Below the pieces are notes generated by a model. The model was not told the origin of the DNA and searched no databases. It saw only the letters and a list, made by a program, of their open reading frames with translations. From Sphaerodactylus townsendi (taxonomy: Eukaryota), in contig NC_059426.1 in the NCBI RefSeq assembly GCF_021028975.2, positions 30,752,001 through 30,816,000 on the forward strand: DNA of 64,000 nucleotides, written 5' to 3'. Numbering within the stretch: position 1 is the first letter of the stretch; every line of letters begins with the position of its first letter. Below are positions 1-12,360 of the stretch, piece after piece. Made by a program: the position numbers and the translations under genes.

Positions 1-70
1 TTGCTATCCCCCACCCCCGCCAAAAACGGCATGAGGGTGGCATTTTTCAGAGGGAAAACAATCAGCATAG

Positions 71-242
71 TCAAAGACTTTCACGGCCAGATTCAACTGG
101 TTGTTGTGGGTTTTCCGGGCTGAGTGGCCATGGTCTGGTAGATCTTGTTCCTAACGTTTCGCCTGCATCTGTGGCTGACATCTTCAAAGGTGTATCACAG
201 AGAGAAGTGTGTTCGGCTGTGAAAGCCTTCGACAATACATTA
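71..242 (-). mobile_element. Penelope-like terminal fragment with degenerate hammerhead (UUGAAGA...GAAACGUU)
   Basis: Aligns by eye to 44661-44790 and has inverted end segments (ctttcacggcc / ggctgtgaaag). Confidence 0.7.
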
Positions 243-257
243 ATAGCTCTCCACATT

Positions 258-520
258 AGAGCCAGCATAGTATGATGTTTTAAGGTGTGGGACTAAGACC
301 TGGGAAACCCAGGTTCAAATCCCCACTCTGCCATGGAAACCTACTGGGTGACCTTGGGCCAGCCATATACTCTCTGCCTTGACCCTGGCAGCAATTTGGA
401 TAAATCTCCAAGGATTACCTGAAGCATGATGTGGAGGCAGGCAATGGCAAACCAACTCTGAATGTCTCTTGCCTTGACAATCCCACCAGGGCCCCCCATA
501 AGACAGCTGTGGCTTGACAG
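258..520 (+). mobile_element. tRNA-headed SINE with LINE-derived (RTE-like) tail
   Basis: B box ggttcaaatcc, gggtgaccttgggc core and tail ggcaatggcaaacc...ccataag. A similar copy lies at 1485-1708. Confidence 0.7.
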
Positions 521-1380
521 CAAAAAATAAATATCCTCCACATTAGTCTCAACATTGAAACCACATATTCAGCTTTATTAAGATTCAGAATTATTGCTGT
601 CCATGTTCCTCAAGCAGTACTGCTTAAGGCAGTAGCTGCCAACGAGATCACGACACACCTGTTTACCAGGTTCACCACCTCACAGTACATCAGCCATTTT
701 CTGCCAGATGGCGCCACAGACCACAGCCTGTTAACTTGCTTGGAATATTAAGAGAATCCTCCTTGAAGCCTTACTTTATAATTGATGTCTAAGGTTCACT
801 AGCAAACCAAACCAGACCAGTATTACTAGCAGCAGACCATGGGCTTTTGAATGAAACCCTGTGGGCACAAATTATATTAAGCAAGGGTGGTGGTGGTTTC
901 TTTTGGAAATAGGCCAATGGCATTTCCTGTCTTGGTTCCCAACTGCAATTCTGCATGCTTTTCAGATATCAGAGAGTGATATATTAGTGGGAGAATCAGG
1001 AGCTAAGGTGTTGTCCCTCTGGATTACCACGAGGGTAATAACAATCAGGATGAGAGGTTTCGTTGTCTTCAGCAGTCCTTCCTTCTCTCTCTGTAGGTGT
1101 TCTAAAGTGGAGACTTAGCTATCTCTCCTCCTTGGGCACAGCAGGCAACTGTGAACATGTTTACTACACTCATGCTTGTGCCCAAACAATCAGCTCTTGG
1201 GATAATTTGTAGAAAGTTTAGATGGGAGTAAATCCAGTGGATATAGAACACTTCTCAATAAAGTCCCGCCCCCCACTTTGCCTGGATGCTGACTCTATTC
1301 GTTTCCTTTTAAGCATGTTGTTGTGAGTCTACCATGCTTTATTGCTGTGCCAATTATTTCTGCTATATAAGGGCTGAGAG

Positions 1381-1481
1381 CAGTGGTGGGATTCAAATAA
1401 TTTAACAACTGGTTGTTTACAAGCACCATTTTAACAACCAGTTCTCCCAAAGTGGTGCGAACCTGCTGAATCCCACCGCTG
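1381..1481. mobile_element. hAT-type MITE
   Basis: TIRs cagtggtgggattca / tgaatcccaccgctg. 8-bp TSD gctgagag at 1373-1380 and 1482-1489. Confidence 0.85.
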
Positions 1482-1774
1482 GCTGAGAGCCAATGTGGTT
1501 TAGTGGTTATGAGCAGCAGACTCTAACCTGGAGAACTGAGTCCAATTCCCCACTCTTCCACATGAAGCCTCCTGGGTGACCTTGGGCCAGTCACAGTTCT
1601 CTCAGCCCACATGGAGGCAGGTAATGGCAAACTACCTCAAAATATCTCTTTCCTTGAAAACTCTAAGAGGTTGCCATAAGTCAACTGTGACTTGTTGGCA
1701 CTTTCCACCATAGAGGGTATAGCAGGTTACGTAAATTCCACATTTTCCTCATGCCAATCAGGAGTAAAATTTAC

Positions 1775-1927
1775 CTGGATTTGGGGCAGTGGTTACTATG
1801 CTCCATTCATTAATGTCCGAACAATACCTCTGGACTTTGTCATAAGTGCAGCTTCCCCGGTAACCATAGTGACCTCCGATTACATAGATTACTTCATTCA
1901 GGACACAAGCAGTGGCATTTCCAACCC
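1775..1927 (-). CDS. KLHL23: Kelch-like protein 23, second coding exon (153 nt, kelch repeats)
   Basis: Minus strand reads aaacag|GG GTT GGA AAT GCC ACT GCT TGT... = (G)VGNATACVLNEVIYVIGGHYGYRGSCTYDKVQRYCSDINEWSIVTTAPNP, ending CCA G|gtaaat. Phase 1 matches the upstream exon. The terminal exon was not found and lies left of the window. Confidence 0.95.
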
Positions 1928-2889
1928 CTGTTTGAATTTGTAAAAGGCCTTTAAATCATGTTTGATGCTATTCAGTATTATTTTCATAAATAAATGCTAG
2001 TCACAAGCACAAGTAATAGCACAGGTATGAAATTACACCTGAAGATTTTTAAACAATGGCATACTAAAATGTGTACTGAAGACAGCCTGTTACGGTAACA
2101 ATATAAGTCTAAGGACAGTGATGCAATAAACTTATGTTTCTATGATATGTCAGAACTTTTTGACTATGTTTATTTTCAGGACATTTGTGCAGCACTTTGT
2201 ATGAAATCAGAGCACAGAAAAACCATGTGGGTACAACTGTGTAATTTATTGATGAGTTATTGGTGAGCATAAGCCAGTATGCAGTCCTTAACTTTTGTCA
2301 AGGCATAAGTCAAAGATAATCACTTAATTATTAATGTAATATTAATTTATTCTCAATAGTAGGAGCCTTTCTTGTTCCCAAATATGCTATTACGAAGGTA
2401 CATTTCATTGAACTATAGTTTAAACAACAGAAACTATAGACAGAGTTAAACAGGAAAACTGGTGTTTATACTGGAAAGGTTTTTTAAAATTCCCCTTCGG
2501 GGAAGAGGCGGCCTATAAATCTAAAATAATAAAATAAATAAATAAATAAATAAATGTTCATATTAATTCCAAGTATAAAAATCAGTTGACAATAATTCAT
2601 ATCATGGCTTCTCATGTATTCTTAATCAAAAGGTTATTTATATTGTGCTTAGAGGCTATTTGCAGCTGCCTTGGCCAGAAAACAAAATCTAAAACCAAGA
2701 ACACGGTCATGTAATACCTTTTATAAGAACCAACCAGAATGACCCAAACCAGTATCCAAGAAAACAATATTGTACTTTAGACTTTTCCCCCCAAAAAATC
2801 AATTGCATGCAGTAGTAGAAAAATAACTGTGTAATTAAATTATTTCTTAACCTTTTTTTAAGATAAGTGAAAAGAATTCAAGCACATAC

Positions 2890-4102
2890 CTTTGATCATG
2901 TCTGCAATGGGGACCCATTTCATTTTTAAAGGATCATAAAATTCTGCTTCTTCAGTTGGAGCTCCTTTTCTGTAACCCCCTAAAGCATAGATGCAGCCAT
3001 TCAAGGTAACTGCACAGTGGTAGTATCTTGCATTAAGCATAGGACAGCCTTCACTCCACTCGTCGGCTTCACAGTTGTATATCCACACTATATCAAGGGC
3101 TTCTATATTGTCTGTTCTATAACCCCCCGTTACATAAATGTTGGGTCCCAAACCAGTGACTGCATAGCTTTCCCTTGCGTGGTCCGGCATATCTGCACCT
3201 TGGATCCACGTGTTGGTGATAGGATCCCATATATGCACTTCAGATAAAGGATGCCAGTAATATCCTCCAATCACATACAGAACAGCTGTCGACCTTACAG
3301 AGGGTGTTTTGGGGTTATAGCTTAGTGCATTGTCTATTAGAGACCTGATCTTGTTTTCATTTAACTGGCATTTCTTGTGCAAGCTTAAGGCTGACATCAA
3401 ATACATTTTGTCTAAAGCCATTTCAAGACAGCTCAGCAAATCATAAATGTACTCAGTTCTTTTGTCCATATCATAAGATATCCACTTAACAACTGGCTCT
3501 ATCGCTGCATCTTTTTTCCAAATGCTGAGATTCTTTCTGGAGAGAATGAACTGAAGTTTCTCGCCGCTGATTTCCAGAAACTCTTCCTGCCTGCACACTT
3601 CTTCAAACCGAGATAGTAATATTCTTCTAGACTCCTTCTCTAGCTCTGAGCAGACATGGTACTCTGCAAAGGAGTGCATCCCTAGGCAGTTGACAACATC
3701 TAAGTGCCTTATCAGAAACCGTTCACAGGCTTTCTTTACTGAGGTAAACTGAAGGAGATCTGCAGCTTGAAGGAGGCTCTGAACATTTGTTTTTGTTATC
3801 TGAATCTCCGACGTGTATATATAGACCACCAGGGATTCAAGAATGGTGGGACTGAGCCCAGAAAGCTTGATCTGGTTCTTAGACTTTTCTTTCATGTCAG
3901 AAGTGAACATAGCCTTAAAGTAGTTACTACAAGCAGCCAGCACAGCCTTATGGCAATGGAAAATCACACCCGAAGTGCACTGAAGAGTAATATCTGTGAA
4001 TAAACCATCCCGGTAGAATGTTCTGAAGGCTTCTAAGAACTCCACAGGATGAGAGAGGTCCTTATATAGATAGGTATATTCCTCCTGTCCAGTCAATGCC
4101 AT
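2890..4102 (-). CDS. KLHL23: Kelch-like protein 23, first coding exon (BTB, BACK, first kelch repeats; 1213 nt CDS)
   Basis: ORF 2858..4150 from Met17 (MALTGQEEYTYLYKDLSHPVEFLEAFRTFYRDGLFTDITLQC...GGYYWHPLSEVHIWDP...). Acceptor ttgcag|TG ATG at 4104 and donor AAA G|gtatgt at 2890. Confidence 0.96.
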
Positions 4103-5899
4103 CACTGCAATAGAAATACTAAGGTGGTGAAATTCATGCAGCATATGCATGTTTAATCACATGTAAATCCCCACTGTTTACCATGGGGCTTCCTCCAAAA
4201 TTGCTGCATATAGGATTGAAGTATCTTTTTGAAGCGTTTATTTCTATTTGGGGGGGGGAACCCCACAACATTCCACAGCAATAAACAGGCACAAAGCCAC
4301 AACGAAAAGCTGTTTACTCTTAAACTAAGGAATCCAACAAGTTCAAAAAGGACCCCAAGAACTGCCTTATAATCCCTCACTCATTTGTGAGATCAAATCA
4401 CAAAGGATTTCATATACAAGGAATAAAGAACAATATTATATTGCATCAAAAGTGGCCATACCAACCCAATAAATTTAAACGTAAGAATGTTTGCTGAGTT
4501 TAGAAAGGATAACCCATATAAGGAATCTCAGAAGGATCTATGTAAGGCAGCCAAAACAATAGTAAGTCAGGCAAAGTGGCTTGTTCAGTGTTAAAAGATT
4601 CAAAATAGGTCTGAGCGGTGATACTGTGCCATTTTATAAGTTTTAAGCAAACACAACTTGGAGTTCTTAGGAAATTGGAGGACAGGCTTTCCACTATCAT
4701 CTCAGAAGTCTGAGGTTTTTTTTGCAACTTCACCACACATAGAGTTGAACCACAAACCCTCCACCAGTGTCCTGTTCTTGTTTCTATATTGTATCAGGAA
4801 GTTTGCCAAAAGTTTGAAAAGTTAAACGTAAATTAATGGAAGGCTAGTAGCACAACCTCAATAATATTTTTACATAATAAATCCTCAACTGGTCTATCTA
4901 GAACCCTGATCCAGGTTTTGCTTTGCCACAGAGAAAAATATGTTCCTGTCTGAAGAGTGGAATAGGACACATATTTCAGGCCCTTTTTCACTCAGTCAAA
5001 TTTGTTTCTGGTACTTGATGCACATATTGTACAGGAACATCTTTTAATAATGTATAATTGTAATCTTGCCATCTGAGTCGAAGTATGTATGTTTACTCAG
5101 AAGCAAGTCCAGTGAGTTCAGCAAGGCTTTCTTCCAGGTAAGTATGCACAAGATTGTAGCATTAACATGTTTGTCTATCTGCAAAGTAAAATGCATAAGC
5201 AATTTGTATAAACACATTTTTAATTGCATGGTCAGAAATATAGGGATACTTTCTAGGGGAGAAATATATATGCTAGTAATACATATATTATTATGCAATA
5301 TATGTAAGTATTTAAGTATTTTTTCCACTGGTTTTTTCCCTGCAGTTGCCTGCTCTTTTATTCCATAGTTAATTCTGAAATTTCAAAATCGTATACACCA
5401 GGCTCTGAGCATCATGTCCAGGCAAGCTGATGTTTGCTTAGTGTCTTAGTATAACAGCACTGTATGCCACAGACCTTTGTTTGAAAAACAATTTATCTTT
5501 CTTAAATGGAAGACAAAAACAACATATTTTTGAATTTGCATTGTTTCACTTTTAATTTTTACAGTAAAACACTGGTGGGTGAAAAAATAAGTTGCATTGG
5601 GAAAAAATATTCAGTCACTAACAGAAGTACTACACCACCAGTGTAAGTGCTCTAGGTGAAGGAGCCAATTTTATTTTTGGCCATTTTACCGTTTACAAAA
5701 TTCACTCAGTAGTATCCCAGTTGGGTTAGCCTGTTAACAAAGGACCCAAACCCGCTTCAGCTGTGGTGGGTGGCATTTACTCTGCGTATTTCTACGGAGA
5801 AGCAGATGAATAAATGAAAAGCCGTTGGCCCTACAAACTATGGAGCAGCCTTTGCAATATACATGTTAAGAAGAGCTGCATGCATGCTAAGCCAGTTCT

Positions 5900-6980
5900 T
5901 CCTAACAGCCCGCCCGGATTGCAAACAAAGAGTGAATAACCGAGTGACACACTCCAAATCCGTGCTGACCACACGACTACCGCCAGTGGTCACCAACCCC
6001 CGCCCAGTCTGGGTCCCTTGACAGACACGCTCGCAATTTGCTCAAGAAGACCCACCTGCTTTCCAAAGCAATTGCCAGGTGGCGCAGCCGAGGAGCGCTT
6101 TGGAAGCCGAAAACAAAGGCAAGCAGGTAGGAGGAGTAGGAGGTCCCCGGCTGTCAAGAAGCAGCGGTGGCAAGAAAAGCCCCCAACCCACATTTATGGC
6201 AACTGTCTAGGATTGGTCGTGGGGCATTGTGGGAACGCCTTCCCCGCTGTCCCATGTGGAGACTGTCAGCTCCAAGGGACCCCTCCCACCCACCACCCAC
6301 CGTAGAGAGTTAATAAATAAGGCTTGGCTAAGGCGCTGCGCCCTCAAGTCCTGCCTCTGGCCAGCCTCGCCTGCTTGCTTCGCTGGGGTCGCCGCCAACT
6401 ATCCGTGTGGGGAGGTCCCGCTGCCCAGCTTGGGGGTTGTTTACGGCAGGTGGTCAACTTTTGCTGGACCTGCTGCTGCTGCTGCCGCCGCCCCGGCTTT
6501 GCTTGGTCGCCGCGGGTCGAGGGCGAGCTCCGGCGCGCTCAGCAGAAGGGAGAAAAGAGGCGCCAAACGGAGGCACCCAGGGCGCGCGTTTGTTTTCTGG
6601 GGAAAGGAATGGAAGGGAGGCTTGTTTGCCTTCCCTCCGGTTCCCGGCGGCCCCTATGACCATATTTGAAAGAGACGCTGCTTTTCTTTGCTGCCGGCCA
6701 GCTGGAAAAGCAGATGGGACCGGGCTGGGAGGCATCTCCTATTTTGGTGTCCCAGCTGGCTCCTTCCACTCCTCGTTCTGCGCACCCTCCCCACAAGGTC
6801 GTAGGCAGCAGCTCAGCCTCTCTTCTCTACCACTGGTAGCAGCTCAGCATCTCCCCCAAACGAAACTCAAGCCAAGTAAACCAGCAGTTCCTGGAGCAGC
6901 TTTTGTTCCGCGCTCTCGCTGCTTTCTGGGTTGGTGCCGGAGTTTAATACCGGGTACGGGTAGGATGCCTGCAAGATTCC
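5900..6980. promoter_or_regulatory. CpG/GC-rich island, probable KLHL23 own promoter and non-coding exon 1
   Basis: Dense CpG and GC content about 2 kb upstream of the KLHL23 first coding exon. Exon boundaries were not resolved. Confidence 0.7.
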
Positions 6981-9900
6981 AACTCACCAGCGAAGTACTT
7001 AAGTTACTCCCCAAACTCCTGGTTTCCCAAAATGATGCAAAAACAGGGATATACCGAATACAGATGCTTAGGAGCCAGCGTGGTGTTGGAATGAAAGAGT
7101 ATTGGACTAGTATCTGGGAAACACAGGTCCAGATCTTCACTCTCATGGAAGCTTGCCAAGCGACCTTGGGCCAGTGCACTCTCTCAGTCTAACCTACCAC
7201 GTCTGCGGGCTGTTGACCTCTTTCAAAAAACATTTTACTAGGCATACCTGATCCACCAGACACTTATTTTAAGTGTGCATACTCAGGACAGTGGAGCACA
7301 AATTACTTATGCCTCACCTGTTGACAGATCCTGGGAATGCCCATTTGTTTTGCAAATATGAAACACAATAGTGGACCATGAGAATCTCAGTTAAAATATA
7401 GGTGTAAGATTTTAGAGACCATTATCATAAAGTTTGTTCCTCATTCCAGCACTTTACCTTAGGACACTGGCCCTAAATATACATTACAACGAGAAACCGG
7501 TTTGTCAGAGTCCTACAACTGACACAGCAAAGACAGACATTTGAGCCAAGACCAAACCCTGAAACAAATATTGAAAAGCAACTGAAGAAAGGGCCTTCTT
7601 AGTTCAATCTCAGAACTTAGTCCCAGCTAGCAAGTTTTTGCTATGCCAACCTTGTTATGATTTTTAGGAAACTGGTAAATTTTTAGAAAAAGATCTTCAA
7701 CTGTCTGACAATCATACAGGGTGATCCTAAACAAAGACACACAGTTATCTTAAGTGGGTTTAGAAGAATACAACTGTTTCAGATTGCCTCTTCTGCACAT
7801 GCAGAATAATATACTTTCAATCCACTTTCAATGCACTTTGCAGCTCAATTTTACTGTGCGAAATAGAAAAATCCACTTGCAAACAATTGTGAAAGTGAAT
7901 TATTCGGCAAGTGTGGAAAGGGCCAAAGAGTCTATGAATAATGGACGTATCTTAAAATCTTATCCACTAGTATGTTTTTCTGTTTGGCTATCCAAAAAGA
8001 CATTCTTAAACATTGGAGGAATAGATATGGTTCTTGCATGTACCACATAGGGTACCGTCACACTTGCAGAATAATGCACTTTCAATCCACTTTCACAATT
8101 GTTTGCAAGTGGATTTTGCTATTTTGCACAGTAAAATCCAGTTGAAAGTGCATTATTCTGCATGTGCAAAAGTGCCCATAGTTTCATTATTCCACAAAAA
8201 ATGAACACACCCAAGTCTCCTTGCAACATTCTCTCTTAGTGTCAGAAATATGTATACACATTTGTTGCTTTCTGTTGACTGTATACTGCAGTTTACAACT
8301 CTAATAAATTCAATTAAAATGGTTATTTAATAAAATATGTAAATACTTTATATAAACATGGATCCTTAAATATAAAACTACAAACGTGATAAATTAAAAT
8401 TATATCTTTGTTATATTAAACAGTGTACAGTTGCAGTAGGCACATTGTATTCAGACAAAGTAACAACTAAACTATAAGTAGATCTCTAAGTAAATTCATT
8501 GCTGTCCTTTAGTTTCAAATAAACTCTTCAAATGGCAGATTGCCATGAAATTATTAGGATTTGGAAGCCAGCTAGGAACTATCAAGTTTTTCCTCCTTTG
8601 TCCTTCCTTACCCACCAATTTCAAATATTACATATGCTTTCAAAAACTTAAGAAAAACCCAGTACACTTTACTTAAATATACATCGCCATACATTCAGCA
8701 AAACGTTTTAACACAAGCACCTTTCACGATAAGGTAAAAAGGTCAACACAACACGGTTTATAAATATGTCATATTTTAAAATCTCCATTGCAGACACCAC
8801 CATGTTGACCTTAATAAGATGGATTACATACTGCTGGGCAATATTCTCACAGTCCTAAAGATGCACAAAACTGGTGTCTCAGTAACACAGAAGACTGCAG
8901 CAGAATTGGGTCTGTGGCAGTGAAACATTCTTCATTCCAACACTGTATAATACACAGAACTGTCATTGTACTGATTTTGTTACTTCTAAGTTGCCGATCC
9001 TATACACGTTTACATGGGAGAAAATCCCACTGAGTTTAGTAGGGCTTGCTTCCAAGTAAACATTTGTACAGAAAATGGAAATGGCACTAGCTGCTAAAAG
9101 TCTGGTAGCTGCAAAGAAAGAATACATCCACTCTCACTGCATTGTTCATTACGATTTCTAAACAGTACATTTGCAGGTAAAACAAACACAAAGCTGAACT
9201 AGCAAAGTCAAGAGTGTAAAAACCATCAAGTGTTGTCTGTGTTTATACTTTCTGTATATTGCTTCTGTACTATATCTTCTTTTCGTTTTGTGTAATCTAT
9301 GACAGAATTGAATTATACAGGTTATTTACTGAAGGATGCATCAGAATGTACCTGTTAAATACGTAGATGAATGGCTGCTGCGTTGTGTGGAGAAATCTGT
9401 GGCTTTGTTACAAAGTCAGTCCCAAATTTAAACTCATTTTGTGATGGATGGAAGCAGCTACCCTTTGGGTAAACTTACATGACATGGTCAGGACCTACAG
9501 AAATGAATCTGCCATCCACCTAAGGTTTAGGTAAAGGGATTACATATCTCACTAGTAGCAGCTGAAGCTTGAAGGTGCAAGGGACTTTGAGTGAGAAGAG
9601 GCTAACAGATGGTTACAACAGTAATAAATTAATGCTGGGCTAAGGATCTGAGAGACCTGGATTCAAATCCACTCTGCCATGGAAGCTGTTGGTGACCTCA
9701 TGCCTGTCACACACACTCACTCTAATCTACCTTGAAGAATTGTTGTGAGGATAAAATGCAGAATGTTGTAAGCCGCTTTGGGTCTCCATTGGGAAGAAAA
9801 GTGGGGTTTAAATGAAACAAAAACACACTTCTCCAAAGTGATATGTGGCTACTACCTTCAGCAATGACACTGGCATTTGTTCCTTCGCTTATGCATCCCT

Positions 9901-10091
9901 CCTTTTTATCTCAAGCATATTTCTTTTGCATCCTCTCCTCCAACACAACTGCACAATGGAAGACAAGGAATAAAAATGGCATAATAAACTGTTCTTCTCT
10001 AACATTCATGAATAAATGACAGTGACAGGGGAAGACTGAGATGCCAGCACCAATTCATTATTATTCATTGGTAATAATTAGAACTATATTT

Positions 10092-10817
10092 TTATTGTTT
10101 TATAAGCAATTCTAAATAGGTCAGTATCTCAAGCCCAGATGACCAAGTGACCACCGATGCTTTCAAAGGAAAAACATCCTGAGACAACCGAGAAACCAGT
10201 TTCTGTAACCTATATCCCTGCCTTGGCAGAACAACATCATCCTTTTTTAAGCACATTACTGGGCATAGGTCATTTCCACCGTCGCCTATATATAAAATCT
10301 GGGAGTATTTCATCCTCTGTTTTGAAGAGTTTTCTAAGAATTCTTCTAAGACTTTCCTCTTGCAGAGGTTTACGGGGCACTGGGCACAATCATGAGCATG
10401 AAAATTCTCCACAGTGAGATAGCCACAACCATTGAAACTTGCAGGATTTGTAAACACTTCATTAAATACTTGATGGAGATCAGCAGCTTTTATAATCCAG
10501 TCAATAAATATTGCATTGGAATCTGATATAATTATGCAATCGAAAGAGTCTTTGTGTTTGCCGACAAACTCTAGGAGATCTTTCATTCCTTCTGTGAAAG
10601 GTATTGTTGTCATAGTCCTTTTCATCTCCTCTTCCTTTATTCCATTGTCTCCCAGGAATCTGAAAACTCTGCCCATATATTCTGTCCAATGTCCGTTCTG
10701 ATAGGAGTTGCTTATTTCATCAGGAACTTTTGCATTAGGTGCACATTTCACAATCCAGGTGTCACTGTTTTCATCTACAATTGTGTGGTCAAAATCAAAA
10801 ACCAGTAGAAACTTCAT
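10092..10817 (-). CDS. PHOSPHO2: Pyridoxal phosphate phosphatase PHOSPHO2 (HAD superfamily), single coding exon, 241 aa
   Basis: MKFLLVFDFDHTIVDENSD (HAD motif I DxDxT), IISDSN (motif II), YIGDGGNDLCP (motif IV). Acceptor tcttatttccag| at 10838. Synteny between KLHL23 and CCDC173. Confidence 0.95.
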   Translation of the reverse strand: MKFLLVFDFDHTIVDENSDTWIVKCAPNAKVPDEISNSYQNGHWTEYMGRVFRFLGDNGIKEEEMKRTMTTIPFTEGMKDLLEFVGKHKDSFDCIIISDSNAIFIDWIIKAADLHQVFNEVFTNPASFNGCGYLTVENFHAHDCAQCPVNLCKRKVLEEFLENSSKQRMKYSQILYIGDGGNDLCPVMCLKKDDVVLPRQGYRLQKLVSRLSQDVFPLKASVVTWSSGLEILTYLELLIKQ

Positions 10818-10948
10818 TGTTGTCAGACAAATGTCACCCTGGAAATAAGATTGAAAAAATGTTTTGCTAAAGTGACCTATATAAACAAGTATACTTGATT
10901 GCGACCTTGTAAAGAAATCCATCAGAAAAAGCCAGATGGATCACTTAC

Positions 10949-10983
10949 CATGTTTTCGGAAAGCATACAGGAACCACAAGATT
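10949..10983 (-). other. PHOSPHO2: Candidate 35-nt upstream exon of PHOSPHO2 ending in ATG
   Basis: Minus strand reads aatttcag|AATC...GAAAACATG|gtaagt, a consensus donor 110 nt upstream of the coding-exon acceptor. The acceptor side is less certain. Confidence 0.55.
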
Positions 10984-12067
10984 CTGAAATTTGCAGTAAT
11001 TCACACGTTTACAAATCTATAAAACCTTGTCAACTGAAGTGAGCTTTAAAGTTTCACAAAAAAAGGGACCTTTTTCAGAAAATGAAGACAAACTCCCTCC
11101 CTTCGGCAGTTTACCTCACTTCTCTCTTTTTTTTTTTTGATGACACAAGGCAGTTCTTTTCTGCAGAAGTGTTTGGAATACTGCAGTGGTGTACCGGGCC
11201 TAAATGGTGTCCGGGAGCATGACCTGCGCCCCCCTGCCCCACTTACGGGCGCCAGTAGGGAAGCCGGGGCTTGGGGGGGGGGGGAGGTTTGTGTGGTTAC
11301 TTCCTCAAAAAAAAATTAACATTAACCTAGATTTAACTCATCAGAGCTAAGTTCTACAATCCACTTCAAAGCCAGAGCTGACCCCAGTGTAAATTTATCA
11401 TATCATTCATTATGGTCAGTTCTGAGCATAAAGAAAGGTTGTAGAATGCACTGATAAATGTGAAGGTCAGGCTTTGTTTTCCACTAACCATCAAAGCCTG
11501 TAGCTTGTGGGGTGGGGGTGGAGACAAGCCTCCCAGTCAAGCTTGAGCCTCCTTTTTTAATTAACATAAATTACCATATTTAATATATTTTTACTTTTGA
11601 AGAATGGTTGAAGAATCTTATGGTTGGGAAAAAAGGAAATTGCACTATAAAGTAATAGCCCCATTTATAAGTTACAGTGACTACCGTGGATGATCAGTGT
11701 ACAGCATATATTGGATTTTTTTGTATGTGTGTTGAATAATTCTCATCTTATAATCAATATATACAATTCAAACCCCACGTGTACTCACAAACCAGCCCCC
11801 AATTTAAAAAGAATGTGTGTTGGGTCTTACTTACAAACAGCTGTACATTCATATAGGCAAAATATACATGTGTTCATTATAACATGAACAGGGCTACTAT
11901 GTAACTGAACAAGCATAAGGCCACTTCGCTGCATAAAAAGAACTCTGGTGTAAACTCACAAGCATTTCACAAACAACTGCACCCTGTCTTAAGGAAAGAT
12001 AAAAGTGGAGTCGGAGGTTCTTTGGCAGAAGCAGCATGCTTGTGTTGAAGAAAGACAACCAAACTAA

Positions 12068-12360
12068 AAGAAGAAGAGTGGATTTATATCCCGCCTTCCT
12101 CTCCTGTAAGGAGACTCAAAGGGGCTTACAAACTCCTTTCCCTTCCCTTCTCACAACAAACACCCTGTGAGGTGGGTAGGGCTGAGAGCTCCAAAGAACT
12201 GTGACTAGCCCAAGGTCACCCAGCAGGAATGTAGGAGTGCGGAAACACATCTGGTTCACCAGATAAGCCTCTGCCACTCAGGTGGAGGAGTGGGGAATCA
12301 AACCTGGTTCTCCAGATTAGAGTCCACCTGCTCTTAACCACTACACCATGCTGGTTCTCT
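12068..12360 (-). mobile_element. tRNA-derived SINE (Squam3/CORE-like), near full length
   Basis: Minus strand has A box TGGTGTAGTGG, B box GGTTTGATTCC, gggtgaccttgggc core and a (CTT)n tail. At least 7 similar copies occur in the window. Confidence 0.85.

Noticed and set aside
4103-4150. N-terminal extension of the KLHL23 ORF (MHMLHEF...)
   Set aside because: It lies upstream of the splice acceptor at 4104 and is intronic.
6018-7192. Cluster of overlapping ORFs up to 261 aa
   Set aside because: GC-rich CpG island effect, with low-complexity products that run into a SINE and no recognisable domain.
10839-10922. N-terminal extension of the PHOSPHO2 ORF (MDFFTRS...)
   Set aside because: It crosses the polypyrimidine tract and acceptor at 10838 and is intronic.
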